A stretch of DNA of 64,000 bases from Phoronis australis (lineage: Eukaryota; Animalia; Phoronida). How positions within the stretch are numbered: the stretch's first letter is position 1; every line of letters starts with the position of its first letter. Position numbers and translations under genes: made by a program. The notes under the pieces are model-generated. The model did no database searches. It saw nothing but the letters and a program-made list of their open reading frames with translations, and had not been told where the DNA came from. Below are positions 1 through 13,500 of the stretch, one piece after another. The stretch lies in assembly GCA_002633005.1 (NCBI GenBank), contig NMRA01000144.1, forward strand, positions 124,001 to 188,000, given 5' to 3'.

Positions 1-311
1 GTGCATTGAATAGAGAACACCGGCATGCAAAATTCAGTGTTGGGTTGAGGTGAAACCAGCAGTGATCTGGGAGCAACATGTTTGTCAATGGTCAGGGGAG
101 CAACCAAAATTTGTGACGATGGGAGGAGCTCAACACCCATGTGACATACCCCATTGGTTTACCTGTTTAGCACTCCTCCCATGTAACCCCCCTGGGAGGG
201 GGTCAACACCAATTTGGCGCCCACCTGGTTTATGCCTGGTATCCCGTTAGCTGTCACCTGGGGGGAATTACCCTCTGAACCCCCAGGAGCAATCATTCAA
301 ATTTTGTAGTG
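1..311. mobile_element. Right end of a probable CACTA/EnSpm-type non-autonomous element
   Basis: Segment ends in ATTTTGTAGTG (reverse complement CACTACAAAAT) and carries short repeated subterminal motifs (GGAGCAA, CCCCYRGGAG). The other end lies outside the window. Confidence 0.4.
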
Positions 312-897
312 CGTGGAGGTATGAACTGTTATAAGGAAAGATAATTTGCCTTGTTAAGAACTCAAACATGAAACAAAACTGTGACAGATTTTGAAGGGAG
401 CTTCAAGAGAATAAAAACAAATACACTTTAATATTGATTAAAATACACATTTTCTTTCTCATTCGATTATAGGTGGATGTTAGTTTACGTATTCTATCCA
501 TTTTCAATAACACAGTAATTTTATTGCACGCTGAACGTCATTAAAGTATGAATTCATCAGTGTTTACATTGTTCGAACTGCGCTCCTAAGTAAGTGTCGA
601 TTATTCACCGCTTGGAGCGCTAGTGTCTCCACCGGTAACCATCGCGGCCAATGGTAAAATGGCGGAGTGAACTCTCCTATACTCGCACACTCCTTGATTC
701 TATTTTCACCTTCGATGACGTCAGCCGCGGAGGGGTGCAGTGGTAAAGTCGACGACCCGAATCCCTTGCGGCCTAGCGGGCTCGAAACCGGCTTCTGTTC
801 CCTCCAAAATGTTATTTCACTAGTGAGATAACTAAATGGGTAATAGCGGAGTTGCAACACCGCCATATTGGAAATGGGTCAGAATGCTGCACTGTGG

Positions 898-3800
898 TTA
901 AGCCGGTAAACAAGTACATGTACGTCGGCAAGCGTGGGAGCGAACTGGCCACAGGGAGGTTATACGTGTTGTGTGCCTGGCTGCTGTAATACCAGTTAGC
1001 GAGATAAAGAATTTAGTTACTACCTGTTTCCCAAGGACCAAGAACTGCGTTAACAGGGCAGACACATCGGTAGAGCTGGTAACAAAGGCCGACTTAGTGA
1101 ATTCTTTCCGACTTCGTACTGAGCATAAAGTATGCAACGCTTATTTTGAGGGCGGCAAGAAAACGTATCTCATTTGGAAACTGCCCAACAATATTTCCCT
1201 CAAAGAAACAGTAACAAATACTCCACAGCGGTTGGTAATGAAAAAAAACTTGTTTTCGCTTGACCAGAACCAAGCCAACATGAGCACTTTTGAGGATAAT
1301 CACGGCCTCTGCACAATCACCTGTTCTGGATCGACTCACTTGACGTACGCACACTTTTTGCATTAACGCGCTAAGATAAAGCGTGCAGAATATTATTTAC
1401 TTTCTATAAAATTGTGGTGCATTGCTATCAAAATTCGTTGTCAAATTACGATCATTTTCAGAAAATTGTGCTGAAATCCCAGGCGAAATCTCGCCGACAA
1501 ATGCGTAGCTGCCGGTCTCGCAATCGTCAATGGGGCTTGAATTCTTGAATAAGAATACAGCTTCGACTCAACAAACTACCTGAAATCCTCCGCAAGTTTT
1601 CCAAATAGATACTCCAAGATTTTAAGTTCTTATGGAGTCTGGATTAACTGCAAATTAAGTCCAAATCTGCGCTAGATTGTAACCCGCAACACGAGAACAA
1701 TCTCTGGAGGAACACACATGTTGTTGTCACGTGACGTTTGAAGTTTGTATGCGTGTGAGTGAGGGTAAGCGTGCGTGTGCTTATCATCAGAGTTCATTTG
1801 CCAGAGTAAATGCGATGTAATGATCTAGGTTTGCATTGTATCCAAAGAAATTAACTCAAGCAGTCAAGCAGAGCGTGTTTTAATATTTAGCTTAACACTT
1901 GCTGGCTTCATCTGCAAAAAAAAAACGTTCGAGAATTGTTTTAGTAAGACCGATAGCCTATGTCACTTACATGTATGAGTCGCCGGGTGAGTGGATGCGT
2001 GACCGTAGTGTATTCCGGAAGATTCAGGGTGTAAGGGTGCGAATGTGTTCACTATCAGTGGGTCATTTTGACTTTAAAAGCACCAATTACAAGTATGATT
2101 AGTTAAATAATTTCTCTTAAAAATGATGCAAATGTTTTTAACGGTATTAGAAACTTTCGGATATTAGTGCCAATATTTATTTCTTGCCGATGCTATGTTA
2201 CCCGTTTCATGAATAGATAGTTCCCAACTAAATGTCTTCGATGGCAGTCGGTACATTAAGCAGCGCGCACTTCTTGGCCGCGTGCTAACACTGATCGAGT
2301 TTTTTTATTAGTCTTCGATTCACGGTTTTCACGTGTACAAAGAAGTTTGGATTCCTGTTGAGGCCGGAGAAGATCTGTACCGGAAAGAAACAATGCAATC
2401 CCGCTGACACGTACACTGCGTCTGTCTTCAAAGTCCAGGCCCGCGTAGTGGGCACATCCCTCGCAAGTGCAGCAAAACTTTTGCGTTCTTTTTGAATCGC
2501 GGCGTAATTTTGAAGTGTATACGGACATAACGGGGAGGCTCGTGGTCTACAAATTCAGGACTGTCGGATCTAATCTTTCAATTGATAAATTGGGGACGTT
2601 AGAACTGTAAGTAAGGCATTTTTCTCATGTATAATCGGGAACCCAATGGTCGTCCGCCTAAGCATAAAACCGGCTTATTGTCGTACTCACCCAATTATTC
2701 CACTTCAAAGTTATACTCTGCATAGAACTTGATTTGACTCTCACAAATTCACAGTATTAGTTGATTCAAAAGTTTTCTTTTATTCATGCCGAGTTGTTTG
2801 AACTGTGCATTGCTTTTCGGCAGCCATTTTATAATGACTCCTATGGTCGTCATATGCTGCCGCCTTTTGAAAGAACAGAAAACCACACAGAAAATGGCCA
2901 AGAAAATAGTGCAAAGTGGTTTACAGCAATTCTACTTCAACCACAAACTGTTTTACTAGTATGATATTGATTTTTTTTAAATTGATTAAAATTGATTTAG
3001 AATTTCAGTTCTGGAAAATAAATCGCAATTGCTTTATTCCAGAAAGACCTTACTTATTTTCTATTTGTGTCCTCTTTATTTGACTTTTTGCTGATGCTAT
3101 TCTTAACACCACTTATCTCTGCTGTCTTTCTTTTTCTTTTCAGTTTTTCTTCATTCTCTGTTAACACCTTGTCAGCCAAAACAGAACTGTAACCCTTTGA
3201 GACTTTGTCGGTGCAAGTTGATCATTGAACCTCGATACAATTGTTCTAATAAATTACCCAATATCGTATTGTTTGATTTTTTCTCGCCTGTAACAGGCTT
3301 CTGCAATCATAAATAAATAAATAAATACCCAAGTTGCTTTTGCATTTTATTGCTCAATCTCTTCTTTTATTTTTGATTATGTCATGCTGTGTTGTATGTA
3401 ACAATGCAATATAGTGAAATAAAGTCAATGTTTTACTTTATTGGTGGCCATTCTCTATCAATTCAAGTATTTTAATTTTCTTCAAATAATTTCAAAATGC
3501 TTTAACCAAAAATTTCAACATAAATGTTGAGCTCAGTACTTTGTTTTGCAATAAAAAACAAGTGGACAATATTTTGATGACCAAGGCGTGGGCCGAAACT
3601 GCAAGCACCCAGCGTGTTCCATTTGTCTGCTGCGTTTTTCCTTTGGCCTAACGGGTGTCAGTTAGTGCCTGGGACAAATAGATACATTGCATAAACAATC
3701 TCTGAGTTGTTTTTTGTTCCGCCTGAAGAAAATTTAATTTCGAAAATATCTTCTGAAAATGAACAAAAAGTGCATTAGTAAAATCTACAAGTTTTTAAGT

Positions 3801-6800
3801 GGTTAAAAAAAAAACAGTCGGTAAATGCATTAATTTTAGTCTCAGTTCTTCCATGCGTGTTTCTCCCGAGAGGTTATTACCTAACGTGCAGACGAGCACT
3901 CCAAATTGGAACGCTAAGTCCCGCGTGGCTGCGCTACACGCAAAAGAAGATGGCGGAAGACCTTTGGAGCCTGACGACGATAGGTATTCGGACTATAGTT
4001 CATGGGCTGGGCGCTTACTTTTAAATTAGCAAAGTCTGAAAACGCGTCGGGGCACTTTTTGAGACATGGGTGCTCATTATGGCGAATAGCGGCAGAATTA
4101 CATACAACAGCGTACAACTGTAGTTCAATACACACAAATCACACGTCGTGCAAACCAATCGGCAATATACCCTAATCAATCCCAATAGCCTTTGCTTAAC
4201 CTAATTTCCGGACATGCGCAATCGTTAAATCGATTCGATTGCAACTCCAGTACTACTCGATTGTATTGGCCATTGGAGGATAGTACTGTGGAATAAAAAT
4301 CTCTTATTTGCCCGAGCTCAATATCGGTTGAATGACAATATACACGTAAGCAAACTTGAGGTCACGTGTAATAGCTCCTGGCTGGTTGCCTACGTGCCGC
4401 TAGGCGGTAGCCTGGTGGCTACCTAGCGGCACGCAGGGCACCAGTGAGTAATAGTTCAAGCACACTGTGAACTATCAGCCAATCAAAGAGTAGACAAGGT
4501 GCTTATGAATTATTTTGAATTGCACAAGAAGTTTGTCTTTAAACACGTATAGGATAATGTACATGTACTGTGCGCCAAAGAAATCGTCGTACCGAAACTG
4601 ATGAAAATTGCCGTTATTAAAGACATTTATTTCGATGCGAATATTCAAAATGAAACCTCGGAAATGCTGTCATAATTTTCTAATTTATTTTTTCGGTTTT
4701 ATTTGTAAAATTTTAGATGAAATTGGTATTTTGTTAATGTTAACAGCGTCTTAAAGAGGCACGGAACGCGAAAACTCCTCAAAACTATCTTTTAAACAAT
4801 TCCTGACAAAAGTACCATCTCCCAACGTCTACTACAGAGTTATGCCCTTTCTCCCCGTTAGGAAATTTCCACGCAAAATCACAAAATTTACGAATCTTGT
4901 AACACGGCGAAGGAAAAAACTCTGTAGTCACTACATAGTTTCTAATCTTCCTCCCACTTACATGTACATGTATGATGAATGCGCCCATGCGCTAAGAGTC
5001 ATTCGACAAACAGCTGACTGATAAGAAGGATATTACATGTACGTGTGACTGGAGTCCCAATCTCAGGTCTACACTAGAGTATGAGGCAAGACAATGAAGC
5101 AAGAGATTTCTCAGAGAGAATTATAAGTGGATTTTAAAGCATATTTGAGTACTACGATAACTTTGTAACTAATTTTAAACATCAAATGCCTCTTAATCGG
5201 CCTCATGCTTGACGTGGCCAATGTTTTGTTTACATCAAATATGAAGGATCGCATTTTCTACATAAGAAAAAGCGCTACATGTACGTCTGTGTCTCGCCAT
5301 ACCAAATAGGAGACGTGTTTTGTCTTTCCTAAGAAAAATCAACGAAGTGACAACCATTTGGCCGATCGTTTTTTAGAAGTTTGAAACTAAAAGAAAAACA
5401 CTTTGACATCAGCAAAAAAATTTAAATTTTAGGAGATAACCGTGATATGGTGAATTCGTTGAATACTGTTTCAGCGAAAGAGAATGTTCGTTTTTCAGCG
5501 TTCCAGGCCTCTTCAAGATTTTGCTAAATTACTGCAAAAGTGAAACGTTTGAACTAAAACCCTCCATACAACCTGCATGAAAGTTTAATTTGAATTCAAT
5601 TAATCATTTCGGAAACTCGATGTTCCAAAGTAAACCAAAACGTTACATTTTGTAGGGCTACTTATATCCTCGGACACGTTTTATCGAAAAGTTTGGTTTT
5701 AGCTCGGGCGGTTTTAACTTTGATTTACACCTACAGGTGTAATGGATGGTCGCGGCTTACGAACGCTCTCGTTAACTCTGAATATGAACATGGAAAATAT
5801 GGAGTTATATCAGCTGCAACGTTTTGGCACTTCAAAAAAACGAAGCAGTTCGTATGTATTTTAGCAGTCTACAAAACAACACTTGGTCCGAATAGGGGTT
5901 TAATGAATTACTGTATTCATTGCAGTCATGGTACTGCCAAAACTTTTGCAATATTCTTACTGAACATCTACCCTCGTACTATTTACTGAGCTTGGAGTAC
6001 CATGACAGAAGCAAAAGATTATTCATTTTCTCCGATATATTAACCGACTGACAATTTGTACAAATCTGACTTATAATAGCTTAGAGCAGTGCAGTTATCA
6101 TTGCGCTTTTGACGAAAATTTTAGAAGAACTTGATTAAAAACAAAAAAATGGTTTTATTTACCTGGCCTGCAGGTTTCCTCGCTTCTCATATGAGGCCTC
6201 ATCCACGTCAAACCCGTTCTCGTCTACCAAGGGTTGACTAACGGCTAAGACTGCCAAGAAAAGAGTCGTGAGAGCGTTTCTAATAAACATGGTAGGCTCG
6301 GTAGCAGTCTTTCAGGTTCTCTGGCGAGTGCTATATGGTAATGAATAAATGCAAGGCGGCCTTTATATGATTTCGTGTCACATTGGTGATCACTCACAAG
6401 GCACATGAAATTAATCTACGGAAAATTCTCGAATATTAGCCCAGACGAAAACACGCCCGATGGACGTAGGCTATACAGCGTATACGAATAGGAAACTACT
6501 GTACAACCATAGCGTATATATTCGAAAAAAATTTCATGGTTGAACCACAAATGTTCTCACATAAATTAACACAAAAACAAACACTCTTCTTTAAAATATA
6601 ACCATTTATTAACTTTTTTGAACCACGGTTGATTTTTCTTGCCTCACTTTGAAATTGTCGCCTGTTTGGTGGGCTGAGCATTTTGAATTTTGTACAGCAT
6701 GCGAAGGTACAAATGACATGTGCTATATACTTTTGTGTCAGTTCTGAGTGAAAGAGTGCCAGTTGTTTACCTCTTGACCAACTTTTTGCCCAGTCAAATC

Positions 6801-8290
6801 TTTACTTCTTGCGGGAAGTCAAATACCTTTCAGAAACTTTGGATTTGTAAAACATCATTGTGGTCGATTCCCACTTTTCACCTGATTTCAGTAAACTGGA
6901 GAGTTTTAGCAAACTGTCTCAGTGCACTGTCGCTCAGTCGCTAATCGCATGCAAGTAGTGGCTTTGAGGTAAAAAACTGGTTGTAGGTGCTTGTTTCAAG
7001 CACTTCTGATAGCCGTAAAGGACGGAAAATTGACTTTGAAATCAGTTTTACAGACCCGTAGCTAGGAGTTCGGGATTCACTGGAATACCCCCCGCAGAAA
7101 AGGTCCACCCCCGGCCCGTCCGTCCAAGATAGGATATAGGACAACAACAAAACTGTTGCAGCTACTGGTACTACTAACTACATGTACATTGATAACTAAA
7201 TTAATAATAATTTTGAATTTGCTTCTGAGTCAAAGCGCTTCACTTAATCATCGGACCGTACCCTGCCAACTTCGTCCGAATGGTGTTTGCGTAGATGACA
7301 GGGAAGTGCGGACGATTAGAGGAGGCTTCGTGTTATCCATCGGCATTGAACACACGTGGTGGATACAACATAGGGTAACAAGGGAGTCGAGAAGTAAATG
7401 TCTGTACCTACATGTACATAGGCTATATAGCAATTAGAGAGCTCTCAAAAAATGGTGCCGCGTGAACGTCATTTATTGTAATAGATCGAGAAACAACACA
7501 GTGAAAAATCTGCTATTTTGGTATACTTGCTGCAGTAGTACAGTATACGGTAAAATGCAGGCGTTTTCAAATTTCGAATTGAAAGTGATCGTCAAACATG
7601 TTGTTCATCCAGTGTCCACTTTGATTGTGGATTGGTGGATTGACATGCATGCGTGTACAGGTGTGTGCGTTACTATTCTTTTAAAGTCAGTACACGCCGA
7701 CGGTAAGTTCACTATACATGTAGGCAATCCTCCTTCGTTGCTCAAAAAACCGACATTTAACTACCGTGTGGTCTTGCACTGAGAAAACCCCGACGAGTAC
7801 ATGTATGTTCACATTGTTAAGGAAAAGTATTCCTAGACATAATAAAAACTTTGATCAATGAAGAAAGTTTTCTCTTGGCAATCAGTGTCAATGGTGCACA
7901 TAACAGTTTTGCAGATTTCATACGAGCAACAAACTTGATGGAAACGATTTCCCAGGTTACTGGTCATTATTCCGAAGGTTCGCTACCTTCGAAAGTTCAC
8001 TACTTACAATGTCCACAATTTCGAAACGAGAACTCCGACTTTTCATTACTGACTGTTTGCTGATAAGTCGGAACTGACATAAATAAACCATTGTATTTGT
8101 GTCCATTTAGTAACCATTTAAAAGGTGTGCAAAAGTTCTCAAAAAGTTGATTACATTGTTTACAGATGAACTCAGTTCCAATCCCCAATGACTCATTTTC
8201 AAGCAGGGACAACATCGGGTCAGGGCTCCGGCGACCCACGGCGGTTTTACTGTACATATAAGAAGACTAAATGGGGTTATCTGACTTCGT
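898..8290 (+). repeat. Duplicated block A, copy 1 (mosaic of nested TE fragments)
   Basis: Colinear with 56817-64000, roughly 85-98% identical by eye. The copies differ by non-homologous segments at about 2630-4015 and 58575-59730. Confidence 0.95.
4755..5512. mobile_element. Kolobok-like non-autonomous TIR element
   Basis: TTAA|AGAGGCACGGAACGCGAAAA ... TTTTCAGCGTTCCAGGCCTCT|TCAA: imperfect ~20-bp TIR and a degenerate TTAA target duplication. Paralog at 60468-61211. Confidence 0.6.
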
Positions 8291-8776
8291 GAAGACTGGC
8301 AGGGACAGGGTAGCCTACTAACTACCTTTATTTTTGACTCGGCTGTGCGTGTGGTTCCGGTATGTGAGGCTTAGTCGCAGAGGCGCTAAACGTTTCAATC
8401 ACGCTGTGAAATGGTACGATCTTGACATAGATTTAATGAATGTGCCGTGGCTGATACTTCATCAGTACTCCTACTTCATTTCTTTTAAAAAGTAAGTACT
8501 TACACAAATTTTCGTATTCGTAAGAGGCAATTGACCTATCGCCAGAAGTTTGAGTGACGACTTAACTGACCAATCACAACGCAGCATCCTTTACACACAC
8601 CTTTGTTTCCAAGTCGCCATTTTATCCGACAAGCAACTCGTAAAATGTATTGTTTGTTCCTCGACATTTCTCAAGGGGGCGGAGCTTTCGATAGATCAAC
8701 TTTGCATGCGCATGAAATCCGTGCGTTGTTTTGGGTATACATTTAGGTACTCCACCTCCGCTTCTAATAACCAAAG

Positions 8777-9200
8777 TATCGTTTATTTCTGAGTATAAAA
8801 GTTACATCCGAGTCCAAAATTTTACATATTTTGGAGTAGTGAACCTTCGAAGTAGTGAACCTTAGAATAGCGATCCTTCTGAGTGATGAACCTTCGGAAT
8901 AGTGGGCTGTTCCCATTTCCAGAAATGTAATCAACTTACGTAAGACGCAAAATACAACCTGATAAAATATTGAAGTCCCTCTCCGACTTAATATTTCCGT
9001 CCGAGTATGTAAGGAGGTGGAATCACTCATTTGAAACTCTCTTTCTAGGCCACATAACATCCGAATTTGAGTCCCGTTTTTGCGAGCAACCGTCACGGCA
9101 TTACCATTCTTTGTATTACGAATTGCGTCTCACCTCAGAAGCATAGAGCCGAGAGTCATCGTTGTGTACATGTATATAAATTTCCCTTCCCCCGAATTAC
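8777..9200 (+). repeat. Dispersed repeat, paralog of 23522-24295
   Basis: Colinear similarity including the GAAGTAGTGAACCTTCG tandem motif. This copy is the empty site for the MITE at 23545-23877. Confidence 0.8.
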
Positions 9201-10365
9201 GCTCCGTGAAGGGATTTACCAAAAATCTACATGTAGAGTGTCGACGTTGAAGACGCTATGTCTCATTCGATTGTGGATATGCAAATGAAGAACTAGTTTA
9301 TAAACAACCCAGGGTCTTTCAGTGTGCCGGAAACTATCCGAGAACAAGTTACCATTCCAATCTTGCGAAAGTCTCCTTGCGAGACTATTTTTATGTAAAT
9401 GATAATGGTAATATTTCATCGCTTTCCTAATGATTTTTAAGTGTATCAACTGCGATGTTTTCATTAAGACTGTAATTTATTTACAAAGTGTTTCTTTCCT
9501 GATTATACTTGTACACGTAGTTCTCCAGGAAGTCACTAGGTGGCGCTTGATACAATTTTGAATAGTCATGGTTTTAATAAGACAATATCAATAAAGGTCC
9601 GCCGCTAGAGAAATTCGAACCACACTCCGCGCAATGCTGGCTGTGGGCCTGTTAGTCAAGCAGTTTTGACATAGTAAGTAAGGTCCAGCGTGCCTGTTGG
9701 GCCTTTCTAGCTCATCAAAATGTAACACCAGGCGTGCGTGTAATAGACGCTAGGACCTACGCTAGGAACTAGCTAAAACCTAGTCAAATTCACGTGTTGT
9801 CATTTAAAATGCACGGCAATATCTCACGTAATCTCGCGAAGTCTTGGTTTTTAGCGAGGTCCTAGTGTTACTGAACGGGAGGCAGGATCCTACTTTTTAT
9901 TCGTTCGGTGCAAAGGAATCTACAGGAGACGGTGTTACGTAACATCCCTACAGCCTGCATGCTGCCGCGTTATTCTGTAGAAGGCGCTCACGAGTGTGGT
10001 AATTGTAACCCAAAGCACGGCAAACAAATGACCAAAGTCAAACACAACGAAGGATGAATATTTTATTTTTGTAAGTTTTGTATAATTTTTAGCTCAAACT
10101 TGGTGACCAATAGATCATCACGTATTTCTCATATCTAGACCTCCGAGGGGTTTTGAGGAGTTACCACCCTCGGGGCTAGCGCGCGAATCTGTGCCATACA
10201 AAAACCACCCAGTAGCAGCAGCTTTTCATTAAAAATCCTTTCAAAGTACTCATGGCTGTATGGAGGTTGCTTTTGTACTTTGGGCAAGTAGTTTATCTCC
10301 CGTTCAATCCGTCATCTTTTTGATCACATCACGTGACCTAATGAATATAAGTCCTAAAAGATTTC

Positions 10366-10442
10366 TGCCCCCGACCGGTACGCGAACCCAGGACCTTCTG
10401 CTAAACGTGCAGACGCGCTCATAACCATTGAGCCATCTGGAC
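10366..10442 (-). pseudogene. tRNA-derived sequence (tRNA pseudogene or SINE head)
   Basis: Minus strand has A box TGGCTCAATGG, D stem GCTC/GAGC, anticodon stem TCTGC/GCAGA with loop ACGTTTA, B-box-like GGTTCGCGTACC and TTTT shortly downstream. Acceptor and T stems are imperfect. A partial second copy of the 3' end lies at about 19938-19969. Confidence 0.7.
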
Positions 10443-10581
10443 CACTGGTCATACACAGAAATCCAATAGCTCACTTGCGGGTTTCTAGCTATTAAATGTG
10501 ACGTCACCGGAAATAGGGCAAGATCCTCCATTTTGTCCCTGCATTGCTATGGTTACAAGCGCTAAATTGTTCTGAGATTTT

Positions 10582-13500
10582 ATGGAGAATTTTATGCTTA
10601 AAACGTTACCTCAACTGAAGAGGTGGTTGATGGATCGTGGGATAACTGTAAACGGACGGAGAAAAGGTGAACTTGTCATGTTGTGCGAAGCTGTGAACGG
10701 ACTGAATTTGGAACTGGACCCGGACATGAAAATGGACAACGATATAGCAGCGACGATCGGTGAAATTTTAAATGAAGCTGGCTACCCTGGTAACGACCCT
10801 TTCGCTGACGAATCACTGGACTATGATTTTAAGGACATCCCAAAAATTGGCTTATATGACATTTTCAATTATTTGATATGTTCGAAAGCAAGATTCGACA
10901 ACAGAAAACTGAGAGCCTATAAAAGTGCGGAAGACTATAGACTGTTCGCTGACGGCCACGTTCTCGATCTACGACACTCGTCAGTCAGTAGAGACAGCGA
11001 AATATCTCTCTTTGTGTCCAAAGTAAAACCAACCCAACCTGACAAGACTTATATGAAGCGTGACCATTACAGACTGTGGGTTATTGTGAACAAGGACCCA
11101 GTTTACATACACGCTGCCTGGTGTGAATGTCGGGGGGGGGGGGTAAGTTGACACACTATGATAGATCTAGCTGGAGGAATATACATTTTGCAGACAATTA
11201 CTTGATGATACGAAATGATAATGACTTTAAAATCATATTGTTGAACAAATTAATATTGAGCAAGTTAAAAAAGCCAACTTTAGAAATGAAATTGAGATCA
11301 CTCAAGAATAGTCCCCGACGGGGGGGGGCACTCATATAGATAGTCCATCTGGGATGTGCCTCTTAGATGCTTTTTGTTCACGAAACATGCCGAACACAAG
11401 GGTGTTTTTTATTGAGGTCCTTCCAAATAGCCTTAAGTTCCACTTAATAAAGCTTAAATGTCTGAAAATATTGTTTTAAGTTACGAAAACATAAATACGA
11501 TATTTGTGTTGGCTTAATGCCTTGTGGGTTCCCTGCAGGGTAATGTAACATGCTGCAGCATCATATGTTGTTGCCCAGCACTGCGTTATGATTGTTCTGC
11601 ACTATGTTTAAATGTAAATATTGCAAATAAAGGATTGAGTAATCAGTTTTGATGTATTTATTTTTTACCCTGCAGGTCTGATGGTGCATGTCGTCATGTG
11701 GGAGCGGCCTCATACGAGATTGAGGCATTTGAGGAGAAGTCATGTACAGATGGGCCAGCTACATGGAAGAAAAGACCTCGCGCTCATGATGGTCCTGCAG
11801 AAGTTCGAAAATTGAATACTTCAAATGCAAAGTATGTGTTGTTGAGAACGTCATTCATGTATACAGAACCGGTGTTCTCCGCAACAGAAAATTCAAACTT
11901 AAAAAGTTTTGATAGTCCACATGCGTATTGTGGGGATTTTTTGGACTGAAAGTGTCACAATTCATTACCGGTGACTTATCTTCCAAGAGTTCAAACTCGT
12001 TGCACAAATTTTCAAACTCGATGCAAATAAACCAAACACGTCATGATAAAATTCAAAGTCGATGTCGTGACGAGTCAAAAAAGGTTTTGGAGAACACTGA
12101 GAACTGTAATTGTCATTGACGAGACATGGTGTTCAATCTTATTTAGGTTCAGCTGACTATTCTTTGAAACTTGTTAATGGTAAAAAAAGTTTCAGTTAAA
12201 ATTTGCAATTATTAATTTAACACTGATGCACACAGGCTGGGGAAGGCAAACCAGCTTAGGAAAATTATGTTATGAGCGTACACTTGAAAATTTGCTCCAA
12301 TAAGCGTAACAAGTTTAACGATACATTCCAAGTGTGCCATTAAATATTATGAAATTATGTATCATATCCATCTGAATGACTTTAACTAACACTCGTTTTT
12401 AACAGGTTCCAAAACATAGACAGACCTCCTCAGGCAATGCAGAGAGCACATTTTGATCCATGGCCTCTTGATGCCAGGACACTGCTTACAGACGATCAAG
12501 TATTGGGCTTGTCAAATGAAATGAAATCTGTAGGTATTTCTGTCATTTGATAGAACTTAGTGTTGAATCTTTAGACAAAAAATGTGTAAACATGTGTATT
12601 CATACAGAAACTTGGCTTATAATACGCAGTACCAGGGCAAAAATACGCAAATTCAAGACACACTGACTTGTTACTCACTTAGTGACCAGTTAATTATAGA
12701 AATGCAAGGTTTTTAGAATTTCATGTATTTACATACTAGTCATGTAAGTTCAATAAGAAATTACATGTACATAATAATGTAAGTTTAATGACGAGGTTTC
12801 AAATGAGGTTTTTGAGCGGATAAGTTTTTTAAGTTGAAACCCTGCACCTTTGGTTGAATTTACCTGATGCTGTCTCAGTCCGTTATTGTTCTGTTTTGGA
12901 TCGTTTATTCATTCAAAATGGATTTAAACATTTTGCTATGCCCATTCTTGGCACGGTGACAATTTCGAACTGAATTCAGGACTAGAAATAGCACAATAAC
13001 AGTAGTGTGTTATTTTTAGTCACGGGTACAATTTAAATTGTTCACTCTATGATTCATCTCCAACCTAATTGCTTTCACCATACAGAACATATTTTGTTTC
13101 ATTTCAGAGTCTTGATGGGGACGTCGCCTTTCTTCGATTGGTGGAGTGTCCACTGACTTTTGAAATGGACAAGTTAGAAGCGGATGCTGTGGAACATCTT
13201 ATGGTCCAAACTATGATTGATGAAGAAAGAATAACCTTACCTATCACAGGTGGTGATGTGAAAGAGGTTGAAGTAGTCACCAGCGGTCAATCAACTAATC
13301 ATTTGTGGCACAGATTGCGTGAAGGTCGATTGACAGCCTCAATATTTCATGATGTACATGTAGTCCATGCAAAAACGGACAAACAAATTGAAGACGTGCT
13401 CAAGAAAGCAACAAAAACGGAAGACCCTCCTAATAAATTCGCACAGCTTTGCTTAGATTGGGGAAGCAGAAAAGAAAGTGTGGCAAGAGACCTGTACTAC

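Noticed and set aside
971-1366. 131-aa ORF with a similar ORF at 56738-57067
   Set aside because: Similarity comes only from the block A duplication; the copies differ by frameshifts and show no recognisable domain.
3574-3605. TTGATGA..GGCGTGGGCCGAAAC hammerhead-like motif
   Set aside because: The first box lacks the C of CUGAUGA and no convincing stem I could be paired.
10366-10442. Functional tRNA-Asn(GTT) gene
   Set aside because: Extra bases before the anticodon stem, no U33, and mispaired T and acceptor stems.
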